Notes: a model not told the origin generated them from the letters alone. Shown: positions 25,220-38,560, numbered from the whole stretch's first letter. The stretch: DNA of 63,492 nucleotides, filler included, from Reticulomyxa filosa (GCA_000512085.1; 17 parts of 17 records of this genome joined end to end with filler, not necessarily neighbours in it), one strand, 5' to 3'. A program made the numbers and translations.

Positions 25220-27213
25220 TTTGGTCGCTCGCGCACCTCCTCTCCCTCCTCCTCGTCCGTTCACCTCCAACACGTCGGTTCACGACAACAGCGAAAACGC
25301 CCACATTAGGCTGCAGTTGCAATCGCACGGCAAGGTCAATGACCAGCCATCCGACGAGGGAGTTGTTTCCAAGTCGAAGGACATGACACTGCATACAAAA
25401 ACAAAGACAAAACAAAACAAAATCAAAATCAAAATCAAAATCAAAATCTAAAAGCAAAAGCAAATGCAAATGCAAATGACGACAGCAAAGAAGAACATAA
25501 TAATAATAATAAATAATAATAATAATAATAATAATGACGATGATGAAGAAGATGAAATTGAAGTGTTTCGAGGAGGAATGCGAGAGAAAGAGGAGCTATT
25601 GATGCGATACGGCGACAGACACAAAGAGCAATCGCAGTCGCAATCGCAATCGCAATCACAGTCCAAACGGGCGAGAGAGAACTCATCGCAGAGCTTCAGC
25701 CATCTGTACTACAAGTCGCCGCCGGACAGAAGCACCCTCACAGCAATGCATTACAACAAGACGTTGCTCTCTGCCTCGAATCTCCAACCCTTTCCCGTTC
25801 ATCTGCGAGGGCATGCTGTTGTCACCACTCCCATTATCACCACTCCAACACATGTTCATTCAAATGCAAATGCAAATACAAATGCAATTGTAAATACCAA
25901 TGGCAATGCAAAGGGGACGACAAAGTTGACAGATCAAAAGGCAGAATCGTCATTGACATGGACAGGCTCGCCGCAGTCGTCCTCGCCTCTCGTTTCTCCT
26001 TCGCGGTCCTCTTTGTCTTCGCCGGTCGCGTCGCCCACTCCGATGCCTGCGGCCGTCGCCGCGAAGCGAGACAAGTCCATCCAAGGCAAGAAGAAGAAGA
26101 AGAAAACCCCGAAGAAGAAGAAAAGAAAGCGCTCGAGTATTCACGCTCGAAACCATAGTAATAGTCTAGCCACAACCAACAACACCAATACCAATATCAA
26201 TATCAATATCAATACCAATACCAATACCAACACCAACACCAACACCAACACCAACACTAATATCAATACCAATACCTTTAGCAACAGTCATTTCGCAACG
26301 ATGAGTCATCAAATGTTGCTTTTCCATGGAAAGCCCTTATTCAAAAACGGACATGCTTTTCCTACTCAATCCAACTTTTATCCTCCCCTTCCTCCTCCTC
26401 CTCCTCCTCTTCCTCCTCCTCATACCCCCATCATTCACACCATGGCCAATGCTACTACCAAGTTATATACATATATATGGTATATTTGTATATGTTTATG
26501 TTGTTTGTTTTGTTTGAAGACCGACAAAGACAAGATGCAACAGTAGCGGTGGTCCTTCGATCGCGCTGATATCCCCAAGGGGACAAGAGGACGCGGCCGT
26601 GGCCAAGCCGAGAGATGAAAAGCAACAGGGCCCCTTGGCGACCGTCTCGGAAACGGCTTCCTCGCTCAAGCCGTTGCATTGCAATCCCAAAGTGTCTTCC
26701 CATTGGAAGACGCTGCCCAATCCAAGTCTGTGGAATAATAGCAATAGCAACCAAGCAAAACTGAGTCACTTGAACACTGTGTCTGCAAACGTTCATCCCA
26801 ATCCCAATAATAATAATAACAATAAGAATAAGAATAACCACGCGGGTCAACAATCACCGCAGCAACAGCAGAGACGAAGACCAAAGCGAGTTGCTGTGGC
26901 AGGAGTTGAAGTCGGAGGGAAAGAAAAAGGAAAAGAAAAAAAAAGAACACCGGAGGAAAAACATATGACACAACGCCGACGAAACTGTCGTCGACGCACA
27001 ATCAATCAACTCCAAATGACAATGACAACGACGATGACGATGAGGATGCACTCCGTCCTATGCAATACCAATACCAACGTCGACGACGCTCCAAATCTGT
27101 CGCCGTCGGTGTCACTTCTGGCCCAAATGTTACCGCAACCACCAAGCAGGTCACGAGTTACGATGAAAGAAGAATAGTTAATTTACGGAAACATTACTGC
27201 CTCTTTTTTTTTT

Positions 27214-27255
<42 letters not shown>

Positions 27256-27895
27256 TGCTGGCAAATTTGGAATGCCAACAACAGAAATTCAAGCAATCAC
27301 CGATCGCACTGCTTTCGCCACAAAGCAAAGTCCTCCCTCTGTTGTCCGTTCCGAACAGAGACAACACAGCTGTGGGTCATGCCGATAAGCATACCATGTA
27401 TTTCACCGCTGTTTCTTTAAATGAACATAGTCCCAATCAACAGTTTCTCTATTTTCTACTTTTTTTTTTTTTTTATTAACACACATGCACACATAAATAC
27501 ATAATTGAATGAGTCTTGTTGTATTCAATAGTCACTCCTCAAAGAATGGTAAACAAAGACATCAAAATGTTAACACTTATATATTATACAAACATATACA
27601 TATATATATATGTATATGTTTGTATAATATATAATATTGCATGTCATTTGAACAGGGTGAAGAAAAGAACACGAAACAGATGGCTCATGACAATAGTCAT
27701 CAGCAGGATCAAAATCATGAGCGCAGCTCCAAATTCCATCCTTCTCGTGTACGGAGACAAAGCTGTACTTCGTACTTTCATGGAGGTGACGCCACTACTT
27801 TGCCCTCGAATTCCGGGCATCCACTCCCTCGAAACAAATGCATTGCAGGAAGTACTGGCTCCAATATTTCTCACAATGTTGGAGTCATTGGTTAA
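23862..27895 (+). CDS. Protein with N-terminal interrupted ubiquitin-like domain and very long disordered Asn/Pro/Ser-rich region
   Basis: DVYTVDGDF...EDKVYFIKQ...RNVQL, about 60 aa insert, IMEDHRSMSHYQ, intron 24214-24286, KYARCNM...PTLHLVFEV (compare ubiquitin LEDGRTLSDY...STLHLVLRL). Then ORFs 24306, 25464, 26599, 27060 and 27641, broken by microsatellite frameshifts and introns. Start and end are uncertain. Confidence 0.6.
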
Positions 27896-28796
27896 TTGCT
27901 CTTTTTTTTTTTAATAAATTTTTTAATTTTTAATTTTTCCCCCCCTCCCTACTAGAGATTTTTTTTTTGTGTTATTATTATTTTTTTTTCCCCACGTTTA
28001 AAATACCAACACAAATTGTGAATTTGTCTCTTTCTCTTTCTTTCTTTCTTTCTTTCTTTTTTTTTGCTTGTTTGTTTGTTTGGTTGGTTGATTGATAATG
28101 CAATGATTTATCCTCGTATTGTCAAAAAGGAGAGCAAACAAATTCAGCTGAATCAAACCAAACAAAATGAGCAATCAAATTGTTCGTTTTTTAAATTTCA
28201 GATATTAATCTGTTTTTTGGTTGGAGGTTTTTGGTCTTTATGCCATGCTATTTGTTTTTTTTCTTTTTTTTTGTGCTTTAAAAATTCTTTTTTCCGTTGC
28301 AAATTTTTATTGTCACAACGGGTTGGTTTTTTTTAGGAGGAAAATCTAGTGTATGTTCTTCAAGTATGAGGCAATCCATTGAAGGGATGTGGCCTTTGAA
28401 GTGTTGAAAAAAGGATAGAAATTCAAGCATTTGGTATCAAAATCTGTTTTTTTGATAACTTTTCTTTCAAATCATTTACGTTCACTTTCTATGATTCTCT
28501 TTTTTATGTATCACAAGAGACTCCTGAGAAGAAGACAGCGCTCTTATTATGGACGCAAATTAAAAATTTGTAAAGATTTAAACTTTTGTAGTATTAGAAT
28601 ATAATATAATAAACTAGAACATTGAAAGAATGTCAGTTGCCCAAATAAGAAGGAATATATGTAATCGAATGTGATGATGAAAAAGATGCTGGAATAATAT
28701 GTCTAAAGTTTTTAAAATTGAAAAAGAAAGAAAATATACTTTATACAACTTCAATTTGTGCTACTATTCTTGTTTTGGTCTTATTCAAATTTGGGA

Positions 28797-29843
28797 ATAA
28801 TACAGTAGAATGCAAAAGAAATTTGATACATAAAACATCAACTTATAGATATAATTTATTTTCTTAATGAAAAAACAACAGTGCATAATTTTTTTGAAAA
28901 TATCTACGAATCGTTTAGAAAATATGTAATAAAACAAAAATCAAAATCATATTTAAAAACTAATTACAGTATAATGCAAAGTAAAGTTGGCACATGAAAT
29001 GACACTTTATATATTATTGATTTTCTTCATGAAAAAACAACATCTAGACTTAATTTTTTTTGATAAAAGCAAAATTAATTTAAAAGGTAGTTATATAAGG
29101 AGTCATATTTGGAATATACAATTAGCACAACTTATCAAAAATACAATCAAAATTTAGTGTAAATATAATTGTGTGGTCTTGCTTTGGAGTGTTAGGACCT
29201 GTATATGCATGAAAAATTGATGGATATAATAATGCACGTATATACAAAGAAATTCTAATGGATGAAATGATCAAAAGCATTTTTGTTGATAGAATATAAT
29301 GAAAATTAGATATTTCAGCAATATAATGCCACCAGCCAAGCAGCAATACAGTAAATGAATAGTTTTAACAAAATAATCAAATTATTGAATTTTCCTTTAA
29401 ATTCTACATACGTGATATTAATCGAAAATATGTTAATGTGAAAACAAAAACATACAAAAACAGGCCATTCAGATAAAAAAAAACTTAGGAAAAAATTGAT
29501 AAAGAAACGTCAAAATTTTTTTTCAATTTTATTCAAACTTAATGAGATCAATGCCAGGGCGAACACAAGCATTATACAAGGTAAAAAGTGATTTAATCAA
29601 ATGATAATTTTCACTAAAAAAATCTCAATACAAAAAAATTTTTCAGTTCTTAAGCTTTTGAATTGATTTGACTTGTTTGGCATTAGACAAAAAACAAATG
29701 ATTAGTGTATGCAAAGCAAAGAATACTCAAAAACAATTATACATTTACGATGCACCAACTTTGAAAATAACATTAAATTCTACAAAAAAATAATTTTGAT
29801 AACACAAAAATTGAGTTTTCTCAAAAACTACGCAATGTTGTAG
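28797..29843 (+). mobile_element. Degenerate Tc1/mariner transposon copy with internal tandem duplication
   Basis: Frameshifted IFFDKSKINLKGS...IIVWSCFGVLGP...IDGYNNARIYKEIL...FQQYNATS (DDE core). C-terminus L.RSMP.R.QAL and terminal sequence shared with the 10976 copy. 28797-28900 is duplicated at 28963-29065. Confidence 0.78.
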
Positions 29844-30082
29844 AGAGATTCAAGAATGAGAGCTATTTAGATATAGAGAAATTGAAGAAAATAAATGAAA
29901 GAAACAAAAAAAGGCTNNNNNNNNNNNNNNNNNNNNNNNNNNNNNNNNNNNNNNNNNNNNTTAATTAATTAANNNNNNNNNNNNNNNNNNNNNNNNNNNN
30001 NNNNNNNNNNNNNNNNAAAAAAAAAAAGTAAGAGGGAGAAGAAGGAGTGATGATGGTAAATAAACACAATTTGCGATAATAG

Positions 30083-31897
30083 GCATCTTAAAAACATCGA
30101 TACAAGTGGCAAAAGATCACTTGCAGAAATCACAGGCTAGAGACAATGTGAAATATGAATTGGAAGTAAGGACAGAGCCCGAGGAATTGGAAGATGCTGG
30201 TTTGCAATCTTTTTTTTTTTTTTTACTCCTCCATATTCTTTTTCCCCCCCCCCCTCTGTTGTCTCCTCTAAAAAAAAGATATGACAAGAAAAGGACACAT
30301 TGTTTTGATTGATAGGTATATTAAAATCTCCACGACAGCTGGCCACGGAACAGCTGCAGAAATCACAGGCAAAAGATGCAATAAAACATGACTTGAATAC
30401 AAGACCAGACGCAGCCACTTTGGAAGGGTCAGGTACATATAGAGGCAAATAACATACAGAGGAAGGGGGTCGTGATACTGTGTCACTGCTTTAACACTGA
30501 GTGACTTTGCCAAATACTTTATCCAGGAATTTTGAAGTCACCCAGACAAGCCGCACAAGGACAACTGGAAAGGTCAATAGCGAAAGATCAATTAAGACAT
30601 GAAATGGAAGAACGAATGGATCTACAAGAAGCGGAAAAAGGAGGCATAGTCAAAACCCCAATGCAATCGACTAAAGAGCAATTAGAAAAATCTCAACTCA
30701 AGGATGCCATGAAATATGAATTAGTTGCACGACCGCCTGCGTCTGCCTTAGAACAAGCTGGTTGGATTTTCTTTCTTTTTCATTTACCACTTTGTTTCAT
30801 CGAAGGAAGGGATCAATGTGCATCCAAGCTCTCCTACGTTATGTATGTACAATGTGTGTATTAAAAAAAAAAGGATATTAAAATCATCGCAACAAGCTAC
30901 GAGAGAACAACTGGAAAAATCGCTCGTCAAAGATACACTGAAACAAGAAATGCAAGACCGAGCCACCCCTGAAGAGTTGGCTGAAAGAAACGTCATCCTC
31001 AGAACGCCAATGCAAGCGACCAAAGATCAGTTGGAAAAGTCGCAACTCAAAGATAATATGAACCATGAGTTGGCCACACGTCCATCGGTCAGTGAGTTGG
31101 AAAAAGCAGGTAATTTTTGGTTTTTGTTGTTGTCTTTATTTGCAAGTAATAAGCATATATATATACATATATATATATGTATATGTATATATATATATGT
31201 ACATGCATATGTATATATATTTCTATGTATATGTTAAATACACAAACAAACAAAAAAAGGAATAATCAAATCTCCACTTCAAGCGAATGCGGAACAGTTG
31301 CAAAGATCATTAGTGAGAGATACACTAAAGCATGAAATCATGGATCGCGCTGATCCCGATGAATTGATGGAACGAGATATCTATAAAACGCCGTTGCAAG
31401 TCGCTAGAGACCAATTGGAAAAATCTCAAAACAAAGATAATATTAAACATGAATTGGAAACGAGATCTTCAGTGGCCGATTTGACCGAATCAGGTTTGTT
31501 TGATAAAAGAGGGAGGATCAACTGTCTACTTCATTGTGCTTTGCTAACATACCACAAAAGGACTGCCAAGAAAGAGAGGGTAAAATGGGATGGAAAGAAT
31601 ATGAAGAGATTATTTTTAAAAATAAAAATAAATAAAATGCAACAAAATTTTCTTCAATAGGTATATTGAAGACACCACTCCAACAAGCAAGAGAACAACT
31701 GCACAAGTCACGAACAAAAGATCAGTTGAAAAATGAAATTGAAGAAAGGACAGATATGGAAGAAATGATGCAAAATGAAGCACTTTATAAAACACCCTTG
31801 CAAGTTGCAAAAGAGCAATTACAAAGGTCCCAATTTAAAGACACGGTGAATCAAGATTTAAGCCAACGATCTTCGATAATTGAATTGGAAAATGCTG
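30083..31897 (+). CDS. Poly-RPEL repeat (putative G-actin-binding) protein, at least 10 repeats of 39-40 aa, both ends truncated
   Basis: Six exons (30083-30199, 30316-30432, 30527-30760, about 30873-31109, 31260-31493, 31661-31897) encode the consensus GILKTPxQxAxEQLEKSxxKDxLKHELxxRPxxxELExx, similar to RPEL motifs (L..RP...EL...GIL). Confidence 0.85.
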
Positions 31898-32849
31898 GTC
31901 TTTTGAAATTCTCGTTTATTTTCCATTTTTGTTTTTGACTATCTATGATGTCCCCTTTCAATTACAAAAAAAAAAAAAAAAAAATTTACAAAATTACAAT
32001 AGTTTATATATATATATTTTTTTTTTTTNNNNNNNNNNNNNNNNNNNNNNNNNNNNNNNNNNNNNNNNNNNNTTAATTAATTAANNNNNNNNNNNNNNNN
32101 NNNNNNNNNNNNNNNNNNNNNNNNNNNNGTTAATTTAACAAGTTCAAACCTTGTTGTTTTTTTTAAATTTGTTTTTTCTTTACACTTTCCCCAACTGCAA
32201 GTGGACGGACTATTCATAACATCCTTTTCTCCAAAACAAAATAAAAATGACTTGCTTTCAAAAACAACATGCAAGTAAAAAAGTGCGAAAACTGGACATT
32301 AATATCTGTTTTTCATATTGAATTTTTATTATACATTCGAATGTAAATGTAAAGTCTCTTATAATTGGAACTGGAAACATATCGCAAATGTTGTGATGCC
32401 TCTGTAGTTGAGTGGCAAAAAGAATTGGATACGCTGCGTAGAAAAATGAATATTAATCAATCTGTAATCTTTTTAATACTTTTATTGCTTTTATATTACC
32501 TTATTTGCTATTGGTTACTTTATATACTTTTTTTAGAGATTGTTTCACTTAATTGTTTGCTTGATAGCAATTTTTTTTCATTAATCTTTTTCACATTTTC
32601 TGTATTGATGCTAAGCGTATTTAAAGGAACTTAGATTTTCTCTTCACTTGACAACTACATTGTTGCTTAGTACCAACAATTTAAAATTGTATTGTCCAAG
32701 TTTATCTTAGTATGACCTGGTGTGCAGCTTGTTCGGTAGTCTAGTGTTTTTCAGGTGTCTGTACTGTTTCTGCGGGGCAATTTTCCTGTATATGCTTTGA
32801 TTAGCATTACGATTTTTTAAAAAATTGATCGCATAATTTATATAATTAG

Positions 32850-33850
32850 AATGATTTCCAGAATTTAATGTTATTTTGCAAAGTTTGTACATTGTGAAGG
32901 TGTGATAGTTTTTGATTACTGTTTGCTTTGTCTTTACTTATTATTGATTTTTTTGCTTTTTTTTTGGTAAGATTGTTTTTAATGAAAATTACCATTTGTT
33001 TACATTACTTTTTGCATTGTATAATGCTTGTATTTTCTTTGGCATTGATTTTGTTAAGTTTGCACATATTTCTTTGTCATTTTTTTTCCATTTTAATTTA
33101 AATTGTTTAATGAGTTCTTTTTTTTATTCAAATAGTCTATTTTTAAATATTTTCATGTTCACTATCTGCCACAGATTTTCGATTTGGTTCAGGTCTGTAG
33201 AATTTGGAGTGAAATTCAATACTTTGATAGCATTTTGTTCAATGTATTTTTTTGCTGTAATTACTGTTTGACTGGTGTCATTATCTTGCTGAAATATACA
33301 ATTTCCATTATCTTCTAAACACCAATTAATGCTTTTTGGGCATTTCATCAACTAGAATTTCTTTGTAAATATATAAATTTACACATCAATTAACGTTATA
33401 TTCATAAAAAGGTCTTAACACTACAAAGCAAGACCACACGATTATGCTTCTACTACAAATTTGATATTTTTATGATGAACGTCAGCTTCGATTTACGCAC
33501 ACATTCATGCTTACATAAAATTGTTTTGCAACTTTACGCAAACTCCAGCACTGACTCAACAGCTCAACATCACGTCTTTTGTTAAAATTCTTAAAAAACT
33601 CAAATATTGAACTACATTGAGCTAAAAAAAAAGAAAAATAAAGACAAAATATTGAAATAATTTGTAAAGATTTAATAAAAAACTAAATTCAAAATGATAT
33701 TTAAAAAGTACACGATTTGTAGATATTTTTTTTAATAAAAAAAATTAGGTCTGAATGTTGTTTTTCATGTAGAAAATCAATCATCTCTATAAGGTGCCAT
33801 TTTAGGTGTCAACTTTACTTTGCATTCTACTGTATTTAAAAAAGGTTCAG
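32850..33850 (-). mobile_element. Degenerate, internally deleted Tc1/mariner copy plus an adjacent fragment
   Basis: ORF 33124-33351 IFQQDNDTSQT..TAKKYI....IKVLNFTPNSTDLNQIENLWQIV; C-terminus LTKSMPKKIQALYNAK; HTH-like WSLRKVAKQFYVS near 33510-33550. 33720-33850 matches 28963-29065. Confidence 0.82.
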
Positions 33851-34458
33851 TTTTTATTGTATTGAATTTTCACCATTTAATCGATATTTATGTCATGTAA
33901 ATTCATATAATGTTTAACTATTTTCAAAATCACAAATTAAATATTATCACCAAATCCATGATGTACCATTTGATGTTTAATGCAAAAATATAAACAAGGG
34001 TGTAGATGCTAAAAGCAAACAGCAATATATTACTAAACAACACATATAACTATTGTAGTACTCATGATGTCGTAATAAGTAATTCTCGCACTACAAGTGA
34101 ACTTTGGAACCCTTTATTCTAACAACACACTACTCACTTTCACGACTTGTCTTTCCTCTTTCACTTGTTGAATCTTGTTGTTTATTTTCTCTTTTATTTG
34201 AGTCATTAATCTTTTGTTTTAAATTGCTCAAAAGAGCGAAAACCTTTCGTATTACAGTTTGCGCACCTCTTTCAGCAGGAAAACCCACACTATTTATATT
34301 AACATATCATTACTTTAAACAAAACATGTTGTTATCCACTGACCTTTCATATTTCCTCAATCTAGGCACAAATGTCAGCTACTTCTTGCTTGCATTTCTT
34401 TTAAGAAAAAATTGAATAAAAAAATTATTGCGTTTGACTATTGAAAGATCTTCTACAG

Positions 34459-34951
34459 TTTTATATTGTTTCATTGCTTCCTGGTACTCATTTAACACAA
34501 CATATCTTCCACCTAATTTTGCTTAAAAAGAAAGTCCAGGTCTAATCTTGAAGCGATGGATAAAGCAGTTAAATTGCAACGTGTTCATTTTTGTTTTGTG
34601 ATTTTTTTCCAGCAGTTTGTACGGTCAATTAGGACCTAATTTGCTTATTTTTTGAATTGCTGACTGAAAGGGGGAAGAAAAAACTTCGCCCAGCAACAAT
34701 GCCATACTGTGATTGGCCTCGAAAGTGTGTCATTTGAAAGGTTTAATTGTCGGTTTTTTGTGTTGATGCCATTGTAATTTGTTTTAGATCGCACATATTC
34801 TGATTTACAAGAAAATATATGTAAAATTAATTGCAATTTAATTGCTTTATCCATCGCTTCAAGATTAGACCTGAACTTTCTTTTTAAGCAAAATTAGGTG
34901 AAAGATATGTTGTGTTAAATGAGTACCAGGAAGCAATAAAACAATATAAAA
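34459..34951. repeat. Long inverted repeat (about 121-bp arms, about 250-bp spacer)
   Basis: 34459-34579 is the reverse complement of 34831-34951 with only a few mismatches. Confidence 0.93.
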
Positions 34952-35116
34952 TTAGTAGCTGATACAGTAGGCTGCAAAGAAAACTGAATGCCTAAAACGA
35001 TATCTTATGATGATAANNNNNNNNNNNNNNNNNNNNNNNNNNNNNNNNNNNNNNNNNNNNTTAATTAATTAANNNNNNNNNNNNNNNNNNNNNNNNNNNN
35101 NNNNNNNNNNNNNNNN

Positions 35117-35630
35117 CCAGGACCCGGTCAAAGTGCTGACGGTACGCAGTTCAGCGTTTGCTACAACCGGCGCCGGCAATCAAGCGCCAATCGAGTCGTT
35201 AGCCGTCGCAGCTGGCAGTGGTTTATCGGCTTTTGTCAGTGAAGAGTTGACCAAATCTGAGCGGCCGGAATTAACAGCTGCCCGTGTGATCATCTCCGGT
35301 GGCCGTGGTATGCAAAACGGTGATAACTTTAAGTTGCTGGAAGGCATTGCGGATAAGTTAAATGCGGCAATTGGCGCCAGTCGCGCTGCAGTCGATGCTG
35401 GTTTTGTGCCCAATGATATGCAAGTGGGTCAGACCGGTAAAATTGTCGCACCGGATCTATACATCGCGGTTGGTATCTCGGGTGCCATCCAGCATTTGGC
35501 CGGCATGAAAGACTCGAAAGTCATCGTTGCAATTAACAAAGATCCGGAAGCACCGATTTTCCAGGTGGCGGATTATGGCTTGGTTGCTGACTTATTTGCG
35601 GTATTGCCGGAGCTGGAAAACAGCCTGTAA
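35117..35630 (+). CDS. etfA: Electron transfer flavoprotein alpha subunit (bacterial, 5' truncated)
   Basis: [72 protein letters not shown]. About 50% GC and no introns. Confidence 0.97.
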
Positions 35631-35668
35631 TACTGCCACGCGTAAAAGCGCGATGAGTCTGAGTAAAG

Positions 35669-35696
35669 AAGCGACTAACCAGTCGCTTTTTGTTTT
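35669..35696 (+). terminator. Rho-independent terminator after etfA
   Basis: aagcgact-aacc-agtcgctt stem-loop followed by tttgtttt. Confidence 0.8.
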
Positions 35697-35800
35697 AACC
35701 CATAGCTGGAAAAAGCCTGTTACACCTGTGTGCTGAGCAGCGCTTGACGCTGCGACAGAACCAGATATGCTAGAGCGCTCACTTTCTTTAACAATCAAGG

Positions 35801-36213
35801 ATGTTTATGCGCCAGCAATGGTTAGCTGTGCTGACAGCATTGAGCCTCACCGGTTGTCAATTGCCGCCTGAGCAACAGCAGTTACAAACTGAGTTGGATG
35901 GCCCTTTAGCGCAGCTGCAGGTGGATAGCAGGCAGTTATATACCCGCATGCAAAAACTGACGGCCGATAAATCCTGTAGTAACGACAACCAATGCAGCGT
36001 GATCGGCATAGGCCAGCGTGCTTGCGGTGGGCCTGAACAGTTTTTGGTGTTCTCGCAAGCCAAAACAGATCAAAAGTTATTAAGTTTCACTGCGGACCGT
36101 TCCGTAAAACGCGGCAGGAGCAACAACAACGGTTGGGGGAGATGAGTATCTGCCAACAATTATCCACGCCGTCAGCAGCCTGCCAATTGGGCAAATGTGT
36201 GTTGATACAATAA
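35801..36213 (+). CDS. Cys-rich bacterial lipoprotein (hypothetical), one 1-nt frameshift
   Basis: Lipobox LTGC, then CSNDNQC...GQRACGGP. Adding one T near 36100 continues RFRKTRQEQQQRLGEMSICQQL...ACQLGKCVLIQ*. Confidence 0.75.
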
Positions 36214-36318
36214 AAAAANNNNNNNNNNNNNNNNNNNNNNNNNNNNNNNNNNNNNNNNNNNNTTAATTAATTAANNNNNNNNNNNNNNNNNNNNNNNNNN
36301 NNNNNNNNNNNNNNNNNN

Positions 36319-36358
<40 letters not shown>

Positions 36359-36359
36359 G

Positions 36360-38560
36360 AGGCCATAAAAAAGCACAAGAAGATATAACGACAATGACGA
36401 TATTCAATCACTGCTGTTGTGTGTCACAAGAAACAAGTGAGGATATGCGAAACCAAAGATTCAATATCAGTCAAAGCACATTGATGAAACGGTTTAATAT
36501 GACCATATCAGCAATCAGCCTTAGCGAGTGCGAAGAAGTGGAAGCCGTTGAAACATTCTATGGATCGCATATAGGGTTTGTCGCATTGATATGTTGCAAA
36601 AGTGGTTTTTTGATGTTCATCAAGCACCTCAGTAATGAGCTGAGTGCCGAACATCTGTTATTCACGCTCCACTACATGACATTAAAATACCATTTGCTGC
36701 AAAAAAAGTTTGTTGTTTTTTTTTTTTTTTTTTTTTTCTCTCCTTCTCCCGACATCGCACTCCCCCGTTTTTTTTTTTTTTTTGAAAAAAACAAATGACT
36801 CAAAGTATCGTAAGCGAGAAAAACTGTGGACGAATTTTTAAGTTTGATCCAGAAATTGTGAAAAAGTATGGGAATTTCTGTGACTATATCCAAAACACTG
36901 CGGATGGCCTTGATGATGGTGGATCGAATACGTTGGATGATCTGCTGCTACTGTTGTTGAAACTGTACGATCTGTATATCGATGAGCGTGCAACATTTAG
37001 CGTGAACCTGTCTTTCACTGCTCGAAATGCCGCAACTCAGTATTTTTGTAACAGGCTGTTGCACATTGTTAAAACCGTACCTTCAAACAGTACATTGTAC
37101 CGATATTATGTCACCGTCATCAAGTTGTTTACATATACATATATGTGTATATATATATTATATATATTATATAAATGTTTCCTTTTGTTTAGTTTGCATT
37201 AGATAAGCAAAGAGAAGAGTAATGGAAGCATTCAAAATAAAACAATATGTCCGACACAACCAATAAACAGAGCCCCTCCAGTGGACAACAAACGACCAGT
37301 ATTTTCCCTGAAATTGTCGGCCAAGAAAGTGTCCAATTCGTTTCGAAACATAGGGAACCCGTGGAAAAGTAAGAGAACAAGCACATTGGAAAAGTTTGCG
37401 AGCGCCAATGTCGTGACCGACGAACAGCAAAAAAAAAAAAAAGAGCAAGCAGAAGCAAACTTTCAGCGACCGATAAGGGATTGACACTGAAAAACTACAA
37501 TACACTTCCAGTGCACTCTCGCGAACAAGTGGAAGTGGTCGAGACAGTGAACAATGCAGATAATGCGACTGCAAATAATATAAATGCAAATGCAAATACA
37601 ACCGCAAATGCAAATGCAAATGCAAATGCAAGTGGAAGTGAAAATGAAGATGATGAAGAGAATGCAGGCAAGTTTGTGGATGTGCAATACGATTTGGACA
37701 TGGACGACGAGTGGACGGAATCGAAGCAGGCGGATGAAGAAAGCAATTTGGATCAGTTCATAGTGTCGACCAAGTTGCATGATGTGTGGAGTCATAGCCC
37801 TTACCAAAAGACAAAAATGCTTACACTGCGAAATTCGCGTTCGATGCCAATCATTAGTCAGGTGATCTCTCCTCCATACAATACCACGCAAAAAACCAAC
37901 GACCACTTGCCAAAGCTGATAACGCCCACGGAGTCAGTGCAAGACGAGCTGCACAATGCAAAACACGACCAACTGCTCCCTAGTAGTACTGCTGGAAGTG
38001 TTAGTGGTAGCAATCATAGGAACGAGCCAATTCATGGACATGATAAAGAGCCACTCACGGACCAACTCAATGACAATGCCAATGCCAAAGGGGATATGTC
38101 TCCTGCTCTATCACCACCGACGATGGATGACAAGCCTTCTCTTGTCGCTCATGTCTTGAGTGAGTCGGTGGTGTCTTGTGTGGCTGACGACGATGCGCAA
38201 ATGGAAACCAAGACAATGGAACAAATGACGAAAACAGCGACAATGACAATTCTTAGTGGCGATCCTGACAATCGTGAAATAAACTTGACCGTTGAAAGAC
38301 CTACCTTGCTCTTGGATGCTCAACACTTGCCAAATAACAATCTTGGCGATACAATCACACAAGAATACAACGAAAAAACGCTTGCTGTCGAAACTATTCT
38401 TGGACTTATCGACAACTGTGTCCAAGAAATCATGCTTCTTTTGTTCAATGACAACTATTGGCGGTTTCGTAGAACGGAAGAATTTTTGCATTTTATTGAG
38501 AGTCCTGAGGGAATCAATCTTATGCGAAGCTACTCCAAATTTCTTCCAACTACAAAATAA
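36360..38560 (+). CDS. RGS-domain protein with a large low-complexity insertion inside the RGS box (5' truncated)
   Basis: GFLMFIKHLSNELSAEHLLF, then LYDLYIDERATFSVNLSFTAR, then about 400 aa of low-complexity sequence, then LIDNCVQEIMLLLFNDNYWRFRRTEEF. Introns near 36708-36804 and about 37125-37202; A-run frameshift near 37440. Confidence 0.8.
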
